Shown: positions 9,696-19,477 of the stretch, piece by piece | How the letters are laid out: each line of letters starts with the position of its first letter | How positions within the stretch are numbered: the first letter of the stretch is position 1 | Source: Candidatus Hinthialibacteria bacterium OLB16 | Lineage (GTDB): Bacteria; Hinthialibacterota; Hinthialibacteria; OLB16 | Length of the DNA stretch: 64,000 nt | NCBI GenBank assembly: GCA_001567115.1 | Contig: LMZT01000178.1 | Coordinates: 4,472-68,471 of the forward strand | Reading direction: 5' to 3' | The notes under the pieces: generated by a model | Seen by the model: the letters and a program-made list of their open reading frames with translations, nothing else | What the model was told of the DNA's origin: nothing | Database searches by the model: none | Translations under genes and position numbers: made by a program

Positions 9696-11918
9696 ATGTC
9701 TGGATATATCCAGGTGGTATTCAACCACCCCCTTCGAGATGAATTCACCTATAAGAAACCCAATGCGTGGGATGATCTTCCATTAGCCGGTTCACGCATC
9801 CTTGCACCATTTTCGAACCGCCCCCGGCAGATCGGTTTTATCACCAGCCTGTCAAACACTACTGATTACGATCCTGCCAGGATTAAAGAACCGGATGATC
9901 TTCTCGATGAAAGCCCTGTCATAACCGGGAATCTGATGGAGCTGGCTCGCTGGATCACCGATTACTATTTCTGTTCGATGGGGGAAACCCTGTTTGCCGC
10001 TTTTCCATTCGGATCTCGAACATCAGTCAGGCAGGAGCAGGTCTATATCTGTGGACCATCCTACGAGACAGTTTATAAGCAGCCAAAGCTCAGCCCGAAG
10101 AGGCGTCAGGCTCTCGAGCTCTTTGCAGAACCAGGAACAGCCATGAGCGCAGCCGAAATAAAGGAGAAAGCGGGAGTTGGAGTGGCCGTTATCAAAGCCC
10201 TCCTTCATGAGAATGCCCTGTCCCTGCGTGCCCGGCCCAACCAACCGCGCATTTCAGAAGCTGAAAAACAGTACCAGACCCCCCCAGTCGATCTGAATGC
10301 GGATCAGGTCCAGGCAGTTCGGACTATCAGCGATTCACTCGGCATGGGAGGTTATCACCAGTTCCTCCTGCATGGTGTCACCGGATCCGGAAAAACCGAA
10401 GTCTTTCTCCGTTCGATCGATGAAGCCCTGGCGCTTGGAAAGTCGACTCTTGTCCTTGTTCCGGAAATCGCACTGACACCGCAGACAGCGGCACGTTATC
10501 GTGGGAGGTTCCCCGGCCGGGTGGAGGTTCTTCACAGCGGGTTGTCACAATCGAGGCGGTTCGAAGCCTGGATGCGAGTTCGGGCCGGGGAAGTTCCGAT
10601 TGTTGTGGGAACCCGTTCGGCCGTGTTTGCACCTCTTGAGAACCTTGGGTTGATCATTGTGGATGAGGAACATGACCCTTCATATAAACAATCGGATCCG
10701 GCTCCCCGGTATCATGCCCGGGATGTCGCCTGTTACCGTGGGATGATCGAAAAGGCTGTAGTCGTCCTGGGGAGTGCCACTCCCTCACTGGAGTCTTACG
10801 AGAATGTGCTCCGAAAGAAATCCACCCTCCTTCACCTGCCACAACGCGCAACCGCACATGCGCTCCCTCAGATTGAACTGGTCGATATGCGGCATCGCCC
10901 GCCCACCGAGCGGATTCTGTCTTCACGCGCACGTGATGCGATCGAAGAAACCCTTTCAATGGGTTTGCAATCGATCCTGTTTCTGAACCGTCGAGGCCAC
11001 TCGACTCAGCTGCAATGCCGTGATTGTGGAAAAGCCCTGGAGTGCCAGCACTGCAGCGTCACTCTGGTGTGGCATTCGCGTGACCGAAGCCTGCGCTGCC
11101 ACCACTGCGGCTATGTCCAGGGTGAGCCTGAGGCATGCCCCTATTGCCGCTCAGCCTGGATTCGCGCCCGCGGGTTTGGAACCGAACAGGTGCTGGAAAC
11201 AATCGCCTCATTCTTTCCCTCGGCTCGATCGGAGCGGATTGATCTGGATGTGACTCAGGAACAAGGCTCCCATGACCGCATCCTGTCCCGATTCCGCAAG
11301 GGAGAGATCGATCTTCTGGTGGGGACTCAGATGGTTTCCAAGGGCCTCGATATGCCGGGAGTCCGCCTGGTAGTGGTGGTGCAGGCGGAAACAGCTTTGA
11401 ATGTCGCAGACTTTCGTGCTTCGGAAAGATCCTTTTCTCTTTTGACCCAGGTAGCGGGACGTGCAGGCCGAGGGGAGCACCCCGGGCTGGTGCTGGTCCA
11501 GTCCTACGCACCCAGCCATTATTCGATATTCACTGCTCTGCGCCACGACTACCTGGCGTTTCGCCGCATCGAAAGCCGGTTCAGGAAGCAGCTGGGGCTG
11601 CCACCTCATACCCGGTTGATGAATCTTCGAGTGGAATCCGAAATAGCAGAAAAGGCGGAAGAACTCGCCAAAGAAATGATGCAGCTCATTCAACAACCCC
11701 TGAAAGGAATTGCGCCATCCATCTGCCGTGTGATCGGACCGACCCCCTGCCCATTGGAAAAACTGCTCGGGCGCTGGCGCTGGCAAATCCTTTTGGCCAG
11801 CCGTGATGGAAAGATCCGGCAGCAAATCCTCAACTCACCGGAACTCCGTGAAAAACTGCTCAAACCACCCTCAAAAACCCGCCTGATTATCGATGTCGAT
11901 CCGATCAGTGTGCTCTGA
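9696..11918 (+). CDS. priA: Primosomal protein N' (replication restart helicase PriA)
   Basis: 740 aa. Walker A GVTGSGKTEV, DEEHD, and a Cys-rich zinc region CRDCGKALECQHCSVTLVWH...CHHCGY. Confidence 0.93.
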   Translation: MSGYIQVVFNHPLRDEFTYKKPNAWDDLPLAGSRILAPFSNRPRQIGFITSLSNTTDYDPARIKEPDDLLDESPVITGNLMELARWITDYYFCSMGETLFAAFPFGSRTSVRQEQVYICGPSYETVYKQPKLSPKRRQALELFAEPGTAMSAAEIKEKAGVGVAVIKALLHENALSLRARPNQPRISEAEKQYQTPPVDLNADQVQAVRTISDSLGMGGYHQFLLHGVTGSGKTEVFLRSIDEALALGKSTLVLVPEIALTPQTAARYRGRFPGRVEVLHSGLSQSRRFEAWMRVRAGEVPIVVGTRSAVFAPLENLGLIIVDEEHDPSYKQSDPAPRYHARDVACYRGMIEKAVVVLGSATPSLESYENVLRKKSTLLHLPQRATAHALPQIELVDMRHRPPTERILSSRARDAIEETLSMGLQSILFLNRRGHSTQLQCRDCGKALECQHCSVTLVWHSRDRSLRCHHCGYVQGEPEACPYCRSAWIRARGFGTEQVLETIASFFPSARSERIDLDVTQEQGSHDRILSRFRKGEIDLLVGTQMVSKGLDMPGVRLVVVVQAETALNVADFRASERSFSLLTQVAGRAGRGEHPGLVLVQSYAPSHYSIFTALRHDYLAFRRIESRFRKQLGLPPHTRLMNLRVESEIAEKAEELAKEMMQLIQQPLKGIAPSICRVIGPTPCPLEKLLGRWRWQILLASRDGKIRQQILNSPELREKLLKPPSKTRLIIDVDPISVL

Positions 11919-11923
11919 TCGGA

Positions 11924-13774
11924 TTAACGGGTTAATTTGAACTGGGGCAGTACAGGAAGTGTGTGCTGTGCAACCCCGATGAGCTGCAGGCGTGCGGCAG
12001 TATGGCACCTCTCGGAAAGAAACTGGACTGCTTCGTAATCCAGGATCCTGCCGTCGCCATCCACATCCGCCTGGCCGGACAGCGCATCGCGAACACTGCC
12101 AGCCAGTTCAGGATAGGCTCCGTCTTTAGAGAGAATCATCAGACCGACACCAATCGGCTCACGTTTGGAACGGTCATCATTCATTTCGACCTTCAGCAGG
12201 ACCGACCTGAATATCTCGGATGCAGCTTCGTCAGTCATGCCGGGAGAAGGACGGAGGTCGAGGAACCAGACTGTCGGAGCAATCCGTGCTGAGGCCTGTA
12301 TTGCATCGACAAACTCACCCAGTGGAATGGCCTGCTTGATATCTGAACCGAAAGCCAGGGGGATCGACTTGCTTTCAGGGGTCCCCGCCAGCACAGCAGA
12401 GGCATACAGCACATTGAAGTCCTGTTTTTTGAGAACCTTCCCGATGTTTTTCAGATTGGATTGCATAACCGCCTTGTTGAGGGAGTTATACTGGAGAATC
12501 AGCTGCAGGGGGTCGAAGCGCCCATCATCCAGCAGGCCCGCCCAACCCTGGATCCAGTCCTGGCCATCCTCATCTGGAGACCCAAGCGCCATCCAGAGGA
12601 GGAAATTGCCATGGTCTTCACTCGATGGAGCAGGAAGGACTGGAGCTGTGGCGGACTGGATTGTCGCCACGGACGGAACAGGAGGGGCCTGGTCCGGGGC
12701 AGATTTCTGGACAATGGTAAAGGGTGCTGAGGGAATTTCTGTGGCTGGAATCGGTTCGGAAGACCCTAATGGATAAATCAGGATTCGTTCTCCACCCGTA
12801 GCCAGCCAGCGGCCATTGGGATCGATTGCAAGCGCAACCGCATCCTGAGGTTCCACCTGAATTTTCTCGACCGGTTGAGATGTGTCATCCAGATTCCAGC
12901 GTGCAATCAAGCCATCGGTGCTGGCGGTCGCAAGGCTGCCATCCTTGAGGAATGCAACCGCATTCACACCAGCCCCTTTGATTGGGAATACCGAGCGCCA
13001 GGCCCACTGGCCATCTTGGGTGCGGTAAAAGACCATGACATTCCCAGCTTTATCGCCTCCCGCAAGAAGCTGGGAGTCTGCGCTGAAAGCAACCGAACCA
13101 ACAGTTCCCTGGAACTGCTGCGATCCGAGTGTCATCGCTGCTGCGGAATCATCATTCGGCCAGACAATCAATTTTCCGCCGGTAGTGCCGATGGCCGAGA
13201 AACCCCCATCGGGTGATACCGCGAGCGCCTGGCAGGGGGAATCAATCCCATCCAGAGGTGGAATCTTTTCTTTGCTCCAGGGGCCGACAACAAAACGATT
13301 GACTCCGGAGGACAGATCATTGCCCACATACAGGAAGTCACCCACGGGATCGAAACAGATTGAAGTCGGTGGGGATTTGATCTCACGGTCGGCATAGACC
13401 TGCTTCCAGTCGGTGGTGGAGAGCACCACAAACGACATGGGATTCTCACCTTCGGCGGCAACCGATATTCCGAATAAATCACCCCCGCGGCTGAAAGAGA
13501 TGGATTGAGGTTCGGGTCCGGTCTCAGCCCCGGTATGAACTTCCCGAATCACTTCCAGATCAGGAACATTGAGGAAAACAACCCTGCCTTTAGGGCCGAC
13601 CTTGCGCAAAGCGGCGGTCAAACGGGTCCCGGAAGGATCGAACAGCAAACGTGGATAACCCTGGTTTGAAAGCGCCAGATCCGAGGTTGCAACCGGTTTG
13701 AAGTCCTGGGCTTCCAACCCACCCGGAAATGAAAGGACCAACAGGAAAAAGATCCACTTTTTGAAACTGTTCAT
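11924..13774 (-). CDS. Exported WD40/beta-propeller protein with a C-terminal caspase-like (apparently inactive) domain and an EF-hand-like loop
   Basis: 616 aa. Signal peptide MNSFKKWIFFLLVLSFPGGLEA, beta-propeller repeats to about residue 335, a Pro-rich linker, then a C14-like domain ending ...ALSGQADVDGDGRILDYEAVQF. Confidence 0.7.
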   Translation of the reverse strand: MNSFKKWIFFLLVLSFPGGLEAQDFKPVATSDLALSNQGYPRLLFDPSGTRLTAALRKVGPKGRVVFLNVPDLEVIREVHTGAETGPEPQSISFSRGGDLFGISVAAEGENPMSFVVLSTTDWKQVYADREIKSPPTSICFDPVGDFLYVGNDLSSGVNRFVVGPWSKEKIPPLDGIDSPCQALAVSPDGGFSAIGTTGGKLIVWPNDDSAAAMTLGSQQFQGTVGSVAFSADSQLLAGGDKAGNVMVFYRTQDGQWAWRSVFPIKGAGVNAVAFLKDGSLATASTDGLIARWNLDDTSQPVEKIQVEPQDAVALAIDPNGRWLATGGERILIYPLGSSEPIPATEIPSAPFTIVQKSAPDQAPPVPSVATIQSATAPVLPAPSSEDHGNFLLWMALGSPDEDGQDWIQGWAGLLDDGRFDPLQLILQYNSLNKAVMQSNLKNIGKVLKKQDFNVLYASAVLAGTPESKSIPLAFGSDIKQAIPLGEFVDAIQASARIAPTVWFLDLRPSPGMTDEAASEIFRSVLLKVEMNDDRSKREPIGVGLMILSKDGAYPELAGSVRDALSGQADVDGDGRILDYEAVQFLSERCHTAARLQLIGVAQHTLPVLPQFKLTR

Positions 13775-13974
13775 TTTTCAATCCTTGTGGTGCTGATTCT
13801 TTTCCCATCCCATTTGATTCAACGGACAAACTTCCTGCATCCCAGTCATGCGCCAACTGGCCTTTGAGGAAACACAATGACTGGTCCGTTCCCCGCTATT
13901 GAGGATATCCCGGCTGAGGAAATCTTGGAAGGATACACTTTTTATCCCAGGATTTTCCGCCAGTAAAGCCGGTC

Positions 13975-14766
13975 TTACTTTTTCTTGACCCCACCAAACC
14001 GCCGGTCCCGCCGGAGGTATTCCCAGACTGCTTTGTAAAAATCGATATCGCGGAAGTCCGGCCAGAGGACCTCTGTGACGACGATTTCAGCATAAGCAAT
14101 CTGCCAGAGGAGGTAATTGCTGACCCGCATTTCGCCACTGGTCCGGATCATCAGATCCGGATCAGGCATGTTGGCGGTGTACAGGTGGGCAGAGATAACA
14201 TCCGGAGTGATGTCGGCAGCACGCAGTTCCCTGCTGGCAACTTTTTCAGAGATTTGCCGGACCGCATGGCTGATTTCATCCCGGCTGCCATAGGACAGAG
14301 CCAGCGAGAGCTGCATGACCTCCCCGCCGGCAGTGGCTTTGCGGGTTTTTTCCAGCTGGTACTGGACATAGTACGGCAGCTGCTTGAGGTTCCCGATTCC
14401 TTCCAGGCGAATCTGATTTTCCTGCATCTCGGGGATCTCTTCGCGCAGAAAATCTCTGAGGAGCTTCATCAGCGCCGCAATTTCAGTCCGTGGACGCTTC
14501 CAGTTTTCGGTCGAAAAGGCATACAGGGTGAGGTAGGGGATTTCGAGCTTGCGGCAGGCCTGGGCTACAGAGCGGACCGACTGAATTCCAGCGCGATGGC
14601 CTTCGATTCGTGGAAGATCGCGAAGCCCGGCCCAACGCCCATTCCCATCCATGATAATTGCGATATGGCGCGGGAGTGTTTTATTTGTTTCAGCAGGAGT
14701 GTGCTCCCTTGTTGCAAGCAGGCGGTCAATCCATATCTGCGCTTCAGGATCGGGGTTATAGGGCAT
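13975..14766 (-). CDS. uppS: Ditrans,polycis-undecaprenyl-diphosphate synthase
   Basis: 263 aa. HIAIIMDGNGRWA, plus the RTSGE.R.SN.LLWQ motif. Confidence 0.93.
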   Translation of the reverse strand: MPYNPDPEAQIWIDRLLATREHTPAETNKTLPRHIAIIMDGNGRWAGLRDLPRIEGHRAGIQSVRSVAQACRKLEIPYLTLYAFSTENWKRPRTEIAALMKLLRDFLREEIPEMQENQIRLEGIGNLKQLPYYVQYQLEKTRKATAGGEVMQLSLALSYGSRDEISHAVRQISEKVASRELRAADITPDVISAHLYTANMPDPDLMIRTSGEMRVSNYLLWQIAYAEIVVTEVLWPDFRDIDFYKAVWEYLRRDRRFGGVKKK

Positions 14767-14777
14767 CGAATGGCCTG

Positions 14778-15338
14778 TCAGAAGTGGAGGATCTCGTCCT
14801 CTTTATCTTTGAGAATCTTATCGATCTCGGCGGTGTAACGGTCGGTCAGTTTCTGGATTTCATCCTGGCAGCGCTTGCTTTCATCCTCCGGGATGACTCC
14901 ATCCTTTTCACCCTTTTTCAGGCGGTCGATTCCTTTGTGGCGAAGATTACGGAGCGCAATTTTGCCCTCTTCACCGATCTTTCGAACCACCTTGACCAGA
15001 TCGCGCCGACGCTCCTCGGTCAAAGAGGGAAGGTTCAGGCGGATCACCTGGCCGTCATTATTGGGGGTCAGGCCCAGATCCGATTTCTGGATGGCGGTGT
15101 CGATCACTTTGAGCAGGGAGCGGTCATAGGGCTGGATGAGAATCTGCCGGGATTCCGGAATGGAGATGTTCGCCACATGGGCGATCGGGCTTCTGGCTCC
15201 ATAGCACTCGACATCGATTCCATCCAGGATGGCGGCATTGGCACGGCCGGTGCGGATCTTCTGTGATTCATGAAGAGTCGCCTGGATGGTGCTCTTCATG
15301 TGGCTTTCTGTGTCCTTAAGGATTTCCTTTGTGGACAT
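14778..15338 (-). CDS. frr: Ribosome recycling factor
   Basis: I trimmed ORF 14778..15446 to the ATG at 15338 (MSTKEILKDTESHMKS...), which has an AGGAGG RBS about 10 nt upstream. 186 aa, typical Frr length and sequence. Confidence 0.93.
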   Translation of the reverse strand: MSTKEILKDTESHMKSTIQATLHESQKIRTGRANAAILDGIDVECYGARSPIAHVANISIPESRQILIQPYDRSLLKVIDTAIQKSDLGLTPNNDGQVIRLNLPSLTEERRRDLVKVVRKIGEEGKIALRNLRHKGIDRLKKGEKDGVIPEDESKRCQDEIQKLTDRYTAEIDKILKDKEDEILHF

Positions 15339-16092
15339 AAGAAGCAACCTCCTGACTGATTGATTCGTTTTCCTGCCAGTTCCGGGGTGGATTGGAACCG
15401 ACAAATGTACCCACCGGGTTTCCTTCAACGACCGCCTCGACTGCATGAGGCTTGTCCATGTTGAAGATGATGAGCGGCATATTGTTTTCCTGGCAGAGGG
15501 TGATTGCTGTCATATCCATGACACGCAGATCACGCTCGAAGACCTGCTGGTAAGTCAGACAACTGAAGAGCCGTGCATCCGGATGAAGCTTGGGGTCCTT
15601 ATCATAAACTCCATCAACTGTGGTGGCCTTGAGAAGGACTTCCGCACTGATTTCATTGGCCCGCAGAGCCGCAGCTGTATCGGTGGTAAAATAGGGGTTT
15701 CCGGTTCCTGCGGCGAAAATGACCACACGGCCTTTTTCAAGGTGGCGGATGGAACGGCGGCGGATATAGGGTTCAGCCACCCGGTCCATGCTCAAAGCAG
15801 ACTGAAGCCGTGTCACTGCTCCGGCCTGTTCGATCACTGCCTGAAGGGCAAGCCCGTTCATGACAGTTGCAAGCATGCCGATCATGTCAGAGGTGGTGCG
15901 GTCAATGTCCATCTGCCTGGCTCCCCGCCACAGATTGCCGCCACCGATGACAATGCCGACCTGCACCCCTTTGCGGGAGATTCGGGCCACCTGCTCAGCG
16001 AGTGATGAAACCCGCTGGGTGTCGATCCCGCGCCCGGATTTGTCACCCAGTGACTCACCACTGAGTTTAAGAAGGATTCGGCGATAGCTCAC
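15316..16092 (-). CDS. pyrH: UMP kinase
   Basis: YRRILLKLSGESLGDKSGRGID...VIGGGN motifs. The ORF is open to 16161, but a GTG at 16092 (VSYRRILLKLSGE) gives the usual N-terminus. The start is uncertain. The 3' end overlaps the frr start. Confidence 0.88.
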   Translation of the reverse strand: MSYRRILLKLSGESLGDKSGRGIDTQRVSSLAEQVARISRKGVQVGIVIGGGNLWRGARQMDIDRTTSDMIGMLATVMNGLALQAVIEQAGAVTRLQSALSMDRVAEPYIRRRSIRHLEKGRVVIFAAGTGNPYFTTDTAAALRANEISAEVLLKATTVDGVYDKDPKLHPDARLFSCLTYQQVFERDLRVMDMTAITLCQENNMPLIIFNMDKPHAVEAVVEGNPVGTFVGSNPPRNWQENESISQEVASYVHKGNP

Positions 16093-16239
16093 AGGTGTTT
16101 TTCTCCATGAAAATGAGAGAACCACTTCATGATCTCTGAAGAATTCCATGCAGGGGCCCACACTGCAAACAGGGTCCCTGCATGGATGTGCTTGAGCCTT
16201 CGAGCAGGCGAGGGCCTGTCAGAGGAGCCAGCTGGCGGT

Positions 16240-16844
16240 TCAGGCTTCTTCACCAAGCTGGAACCGTGCAAACCGCCTGACAGAAATATTTTCGCCTGTT
16301 GCGACAATTGCCTCTTTGACCAGATCCGAAATTTTCTTTTTATCATCTTTGATGAAAGGCTGGTCGAGCAGGCAGACTTCCTCATAGTATTTGGCGATCC
16401 GCCCATCGACCATCTTCTCGATCACCGCGGCCGGCTTTCCGGAAGCTTCGGCCTGTTTGCGGTAGATATCCTTTTCTGCTTCGATCAACGATTCAGGAAG
16501 GTCTTCGTGGCTGACACTGCGTATCTGGGGATTGGCGGCCACCTGCATGGCCAGATCATTCACCAGGGCTTTGAACTGGTCAGTTCGAGCGACAAAGTCG
16601 GTTTCGCAATTTACTTCGATCAACACACCAATTCGGCCACCCCCATGGATATAGGCATGAACAATCCCCTCCGAGGTCGATCGTCCCATTCTTTTTTCAG
16701 CTTTGGCAGCACCTTTTTCGCGCAGGAGCTTGACCGCAGCTTCCAGATCGCCACCGGTATCCACCAGGGCTTTTTTACACTCCATCATCCCAACCCCGGT
16801 TTTTCCCGAAGTTTCATCACGTCAGCCGCACTGATTTCGGCCAT
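16240..16844 (-). pseudogene. tsf: Elongation factor Ts, N-terminal 19 codons out of frame at an A5 run (plus-strand T5, 16800-16804)
   Basis: ORF 16240..16788 starts at MMECKKALVDTGGDLEAAVKLLREKG. The ATG at 16844 (TGATG overlap with the rpsB stop) encodes [15 protein letters not shown] and then hits a stop. Adding one A gives ...REKTGVGMMECKKAL. Confidence 0.88.
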
Positions 16845-17707
16845 CAGACATTATCCTCCTCATCTTCCTGAAAATCTTCATATTCCTGGCCACTTGGCAG
16901 ATCGAAGGAGTGTGCACCACCAGAGGAAGCCTGGATCTGCATTTCGCCTTCAGCTCCTTCGGCCCTCTCCTGCGCCAGTTTCTGCCCCTGAATATAGGCA
17001 TTGGCGATCAGCTCGGAAATGAGCCGAACCGCACGAATCGCATCATCATTGGCGGGGATGACATAATCGATCGGATCCGGGTCGCAGTTGGTATCGACAA
17101 TCGCGATCACCGGGATCCCCAGCTTGTTGGCTTCTTCGACAGCGATCCTCTCTTTGCGCACATCAGTTACGAACAACGCATCCGGAAGACGGTCCATTTC
17201 ACGAATGCCCGCCAGGTACTTGTTCAGCCTTTCACGGACTTTCATGAGAACGATCTGTTCCTTCTTGGGCAGGAAGGAGAGGCTGCCATCCTCACGCATC
17301 CGATCCAGTTCGATCAGGCGGTTGACACGGCTGCGTATGGTTTTGTAGTTGGTAAGCATCCCACCCAGCCAGCGGTGGGTGACATGGTAACAGGAGATAT
17401 TGGAAGAGATTTCCGCGACACTTTCCTGGGCCTGGCGCTTGGTTCCAACGAAAAGAATTTTGCCACCCGATGCCGAGAGGTTTTTTACAAACTCACAGGC
17501 TTCATGAATCATCCGGACAGTTTTTTTGAGATCGAGAATGTAGATGCCATTCCGTTCATTGAAGATGTACTTGGCCATCTTCGGATTCCAGCGTCGAGTC
17601 TGATGTCCGAAATGGACACCGGCCTCGAGCAGCTGCTTCATACTGATGCCTTCATCTTCGAATACTTCTTCGTGCTGCTGTGCCTGCCGATTTGGCTGGT
17701 CGGCCAT
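16844..17707 (-). CDS. rpsB: 30S ribosomal protein S2
   Basis: [30 protein letters not shown] trimmed the ORF to the ATG at 17707 (MADQPNR...). It has an acidic C-terminal tail. Confidence 0.93.
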   Translation of the reverse strand: MADQPNRQAQQHEEVFEDEGISMKQLLEAGVHFGHQTRRWNPKMAKYIFNERNGIYILDLKKTVRMIHEACEFVKNLSASGGKILFVGTKRQAQESVAEISSNISCYHVTHRWLGGMLTNYKTIRSRVNRLIELDRMREDGSLSFLPKKEQIVLMKVRERLNKYLAGIREMDRLPDALFVTDVRKERIAVEEANKLGIPVIAIVDTNCDPDPIDYVIPANDDAIRAVRLISELIANAYIQGQKLAQERAEGAEGEMQIQASSGGAHSFDLPSGQEYEDFQEDEEDNV

Positions 17708-18123
17708 AATGGGTCTCCTCGCATGAATGCCGTGCTTTTTCTCCCGCAGCCATCCAGGGGGTCGTTGCCATGCAATCAACCTCCGAAGGTGAGGCCAGGT
17801 GACCTCTGGTTCCTGTCTCGCGGGGCTCCTTCGGGACTCCCGGGGGTCCCTGTCGGATGTCTCCTCAAAATAAACCCCATCACACTGGATGGGGCCTCTT
17901 CTGAAGATGATTTTTTACAAACAAAGGAATATAACACCATCCTCGTTCCTCGCAAGACCTCCCTCGACCGGGCCGGAATTCCACCTTGGCATGGTGGATT
18001 CAAATCGGCTGGCGGAGAAACTGTTTCGATCCAGATTTCTGGAAAAAGCCACTCATTATGGCTCGAAATGCAGGTTATTCTGTCACCTCAACGGGGATCC
18101 ATGTTTTATTATGGGCTGTTAGT

Positions 18124-19477
18124 ATGCGGCCTTTGCCGATCATGTTCGAGCATCTCCAGTCAAGATTATTAGAATTCAAGAAAAAGCCGCGCTGGTTCCG
18201 CCTGCTGGTCCTGTTCGCGATCGGGTATGCCTATTTCTTCGTTTTTATAGGATCCTTCGTGCAACGCAGCCTGGTGGAACCCTGGGAATATATCAGCATG
18301 GATTATCCCATGTTTTACAATGCTGCCAGAGCAGTCATCGAGGGGCATTCACCCTACCCGGAGGGGGTCCTGCATCAGACCCCTGACGCAGGACGTGCCT
18401 GGGGGAATTACCTCTACCCTCCCCTGTTCGCCTGGGTGCTGGCTCCGACCACAGTCCTCCCCATCCTGTGGTCCAAGAAAACATACGTGTATTCATCGAT
18501 GATTCTGTACTTTCTGCTTTTGACTCCCTGGCGCGGGAGATCTTCATGGGACCGGGTGGAGAGGTTATTCGTTATCGCCTTGTTATGCATCTGGGGGCCT
18601 GCCATTGAAACCTTCCGGTTCGGACAATCCAACTGGGTTCCATTTTTCCTTCTGTTTTTCGCCTGCTGCCTGTGTGAAAGGCAAAGCCCCGGCGGGAATC
18701 CGAAAAAAAATCGATTTATTGGCAGGCGGATTGATCGGGGTTGCAGGAATGGTCAAGCTGACACCCTTCATCATCCTCCCCATGCTGCTGCTGGCCGGCT
18801 TCTGGTGGGTCATAGCCGGGATGGGCCTTGGTGTTCTGTCAACAATTCTGCTGACTGGCATCCGGGACAACTGCGACTATTTCTTTATTGTGCTTCCTAC
18901 AATGACCGATTTTGGCGAAAGGCCTCACTTCATGAGCCTCAACCGTGGGATCATCGAAATCCTTCAGCACATCCAGCATCCGGGGCATATACTGGATCCG
19001 TCCCCTGCCTGGATGGTCAGGATCGGGCTGCTGGCCAACTTGATCGTTTTCGCATACACCATGATTTATGTTTTCGTTCATAGAGAAAAAATCTCGCTGC
19101 TGAAGGTTATACTGATCAGCTGCTACCTGGCGCCCCTTCTGGGAGGAAGCTGGCTTCACCACTACACCTTTGCGCTTCTTCCGATTCTGATCATTCTTCG
19201 AATGAAGCTCCGTGGGCCTTTGCCGAGGCTGGAGTTCCTGGTTGTTTTGTTTCTGATTCTCTGGCCCAATTTTTATTTCTGGTTCCCGGCACGGGCGATC
19301 CATAATTTCCTGGATTCCACTTTCGGCATCTCCGACGAGCTGCTGGTCTCGGTATCGAACCTTCTCGTGTTTCTCTTGATCTTCCCTCTTCTGGTCAAAG
19401 CACCCGAGCTTCCCAGGTTGGCCTGGTGGCGAAAAAACCCATTGCCGGAAGAATCCACCGAGGGCAGTGCACTGTGA
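18124..19477 (+). pseudogene. DUF2029/GT87-like integral-membrane glycosyltransferase, frame broken at an A8 run (18703-18710)
   Basis: The N-terminal half is in ORF 17986..19083 (PMFYNAARAVIEGHSPYPE...AWGNYLYPPLFAWVL). The C-terminal half is in ORF 18605..19477 (KIDLLAGGLIGVAGMVKLTPFIILP...). Both halves align with the downstream paralogue. Confidence 0.7.

Noticed and set aside
17985-18015. A tRNA/tmRNA-like GGATTCAAATC element, which resembles a T-loop.
   Set aside because: The flanking bases do not form a T-stem, and no acceptor, D or anticodon arms can be drawn on either strand.
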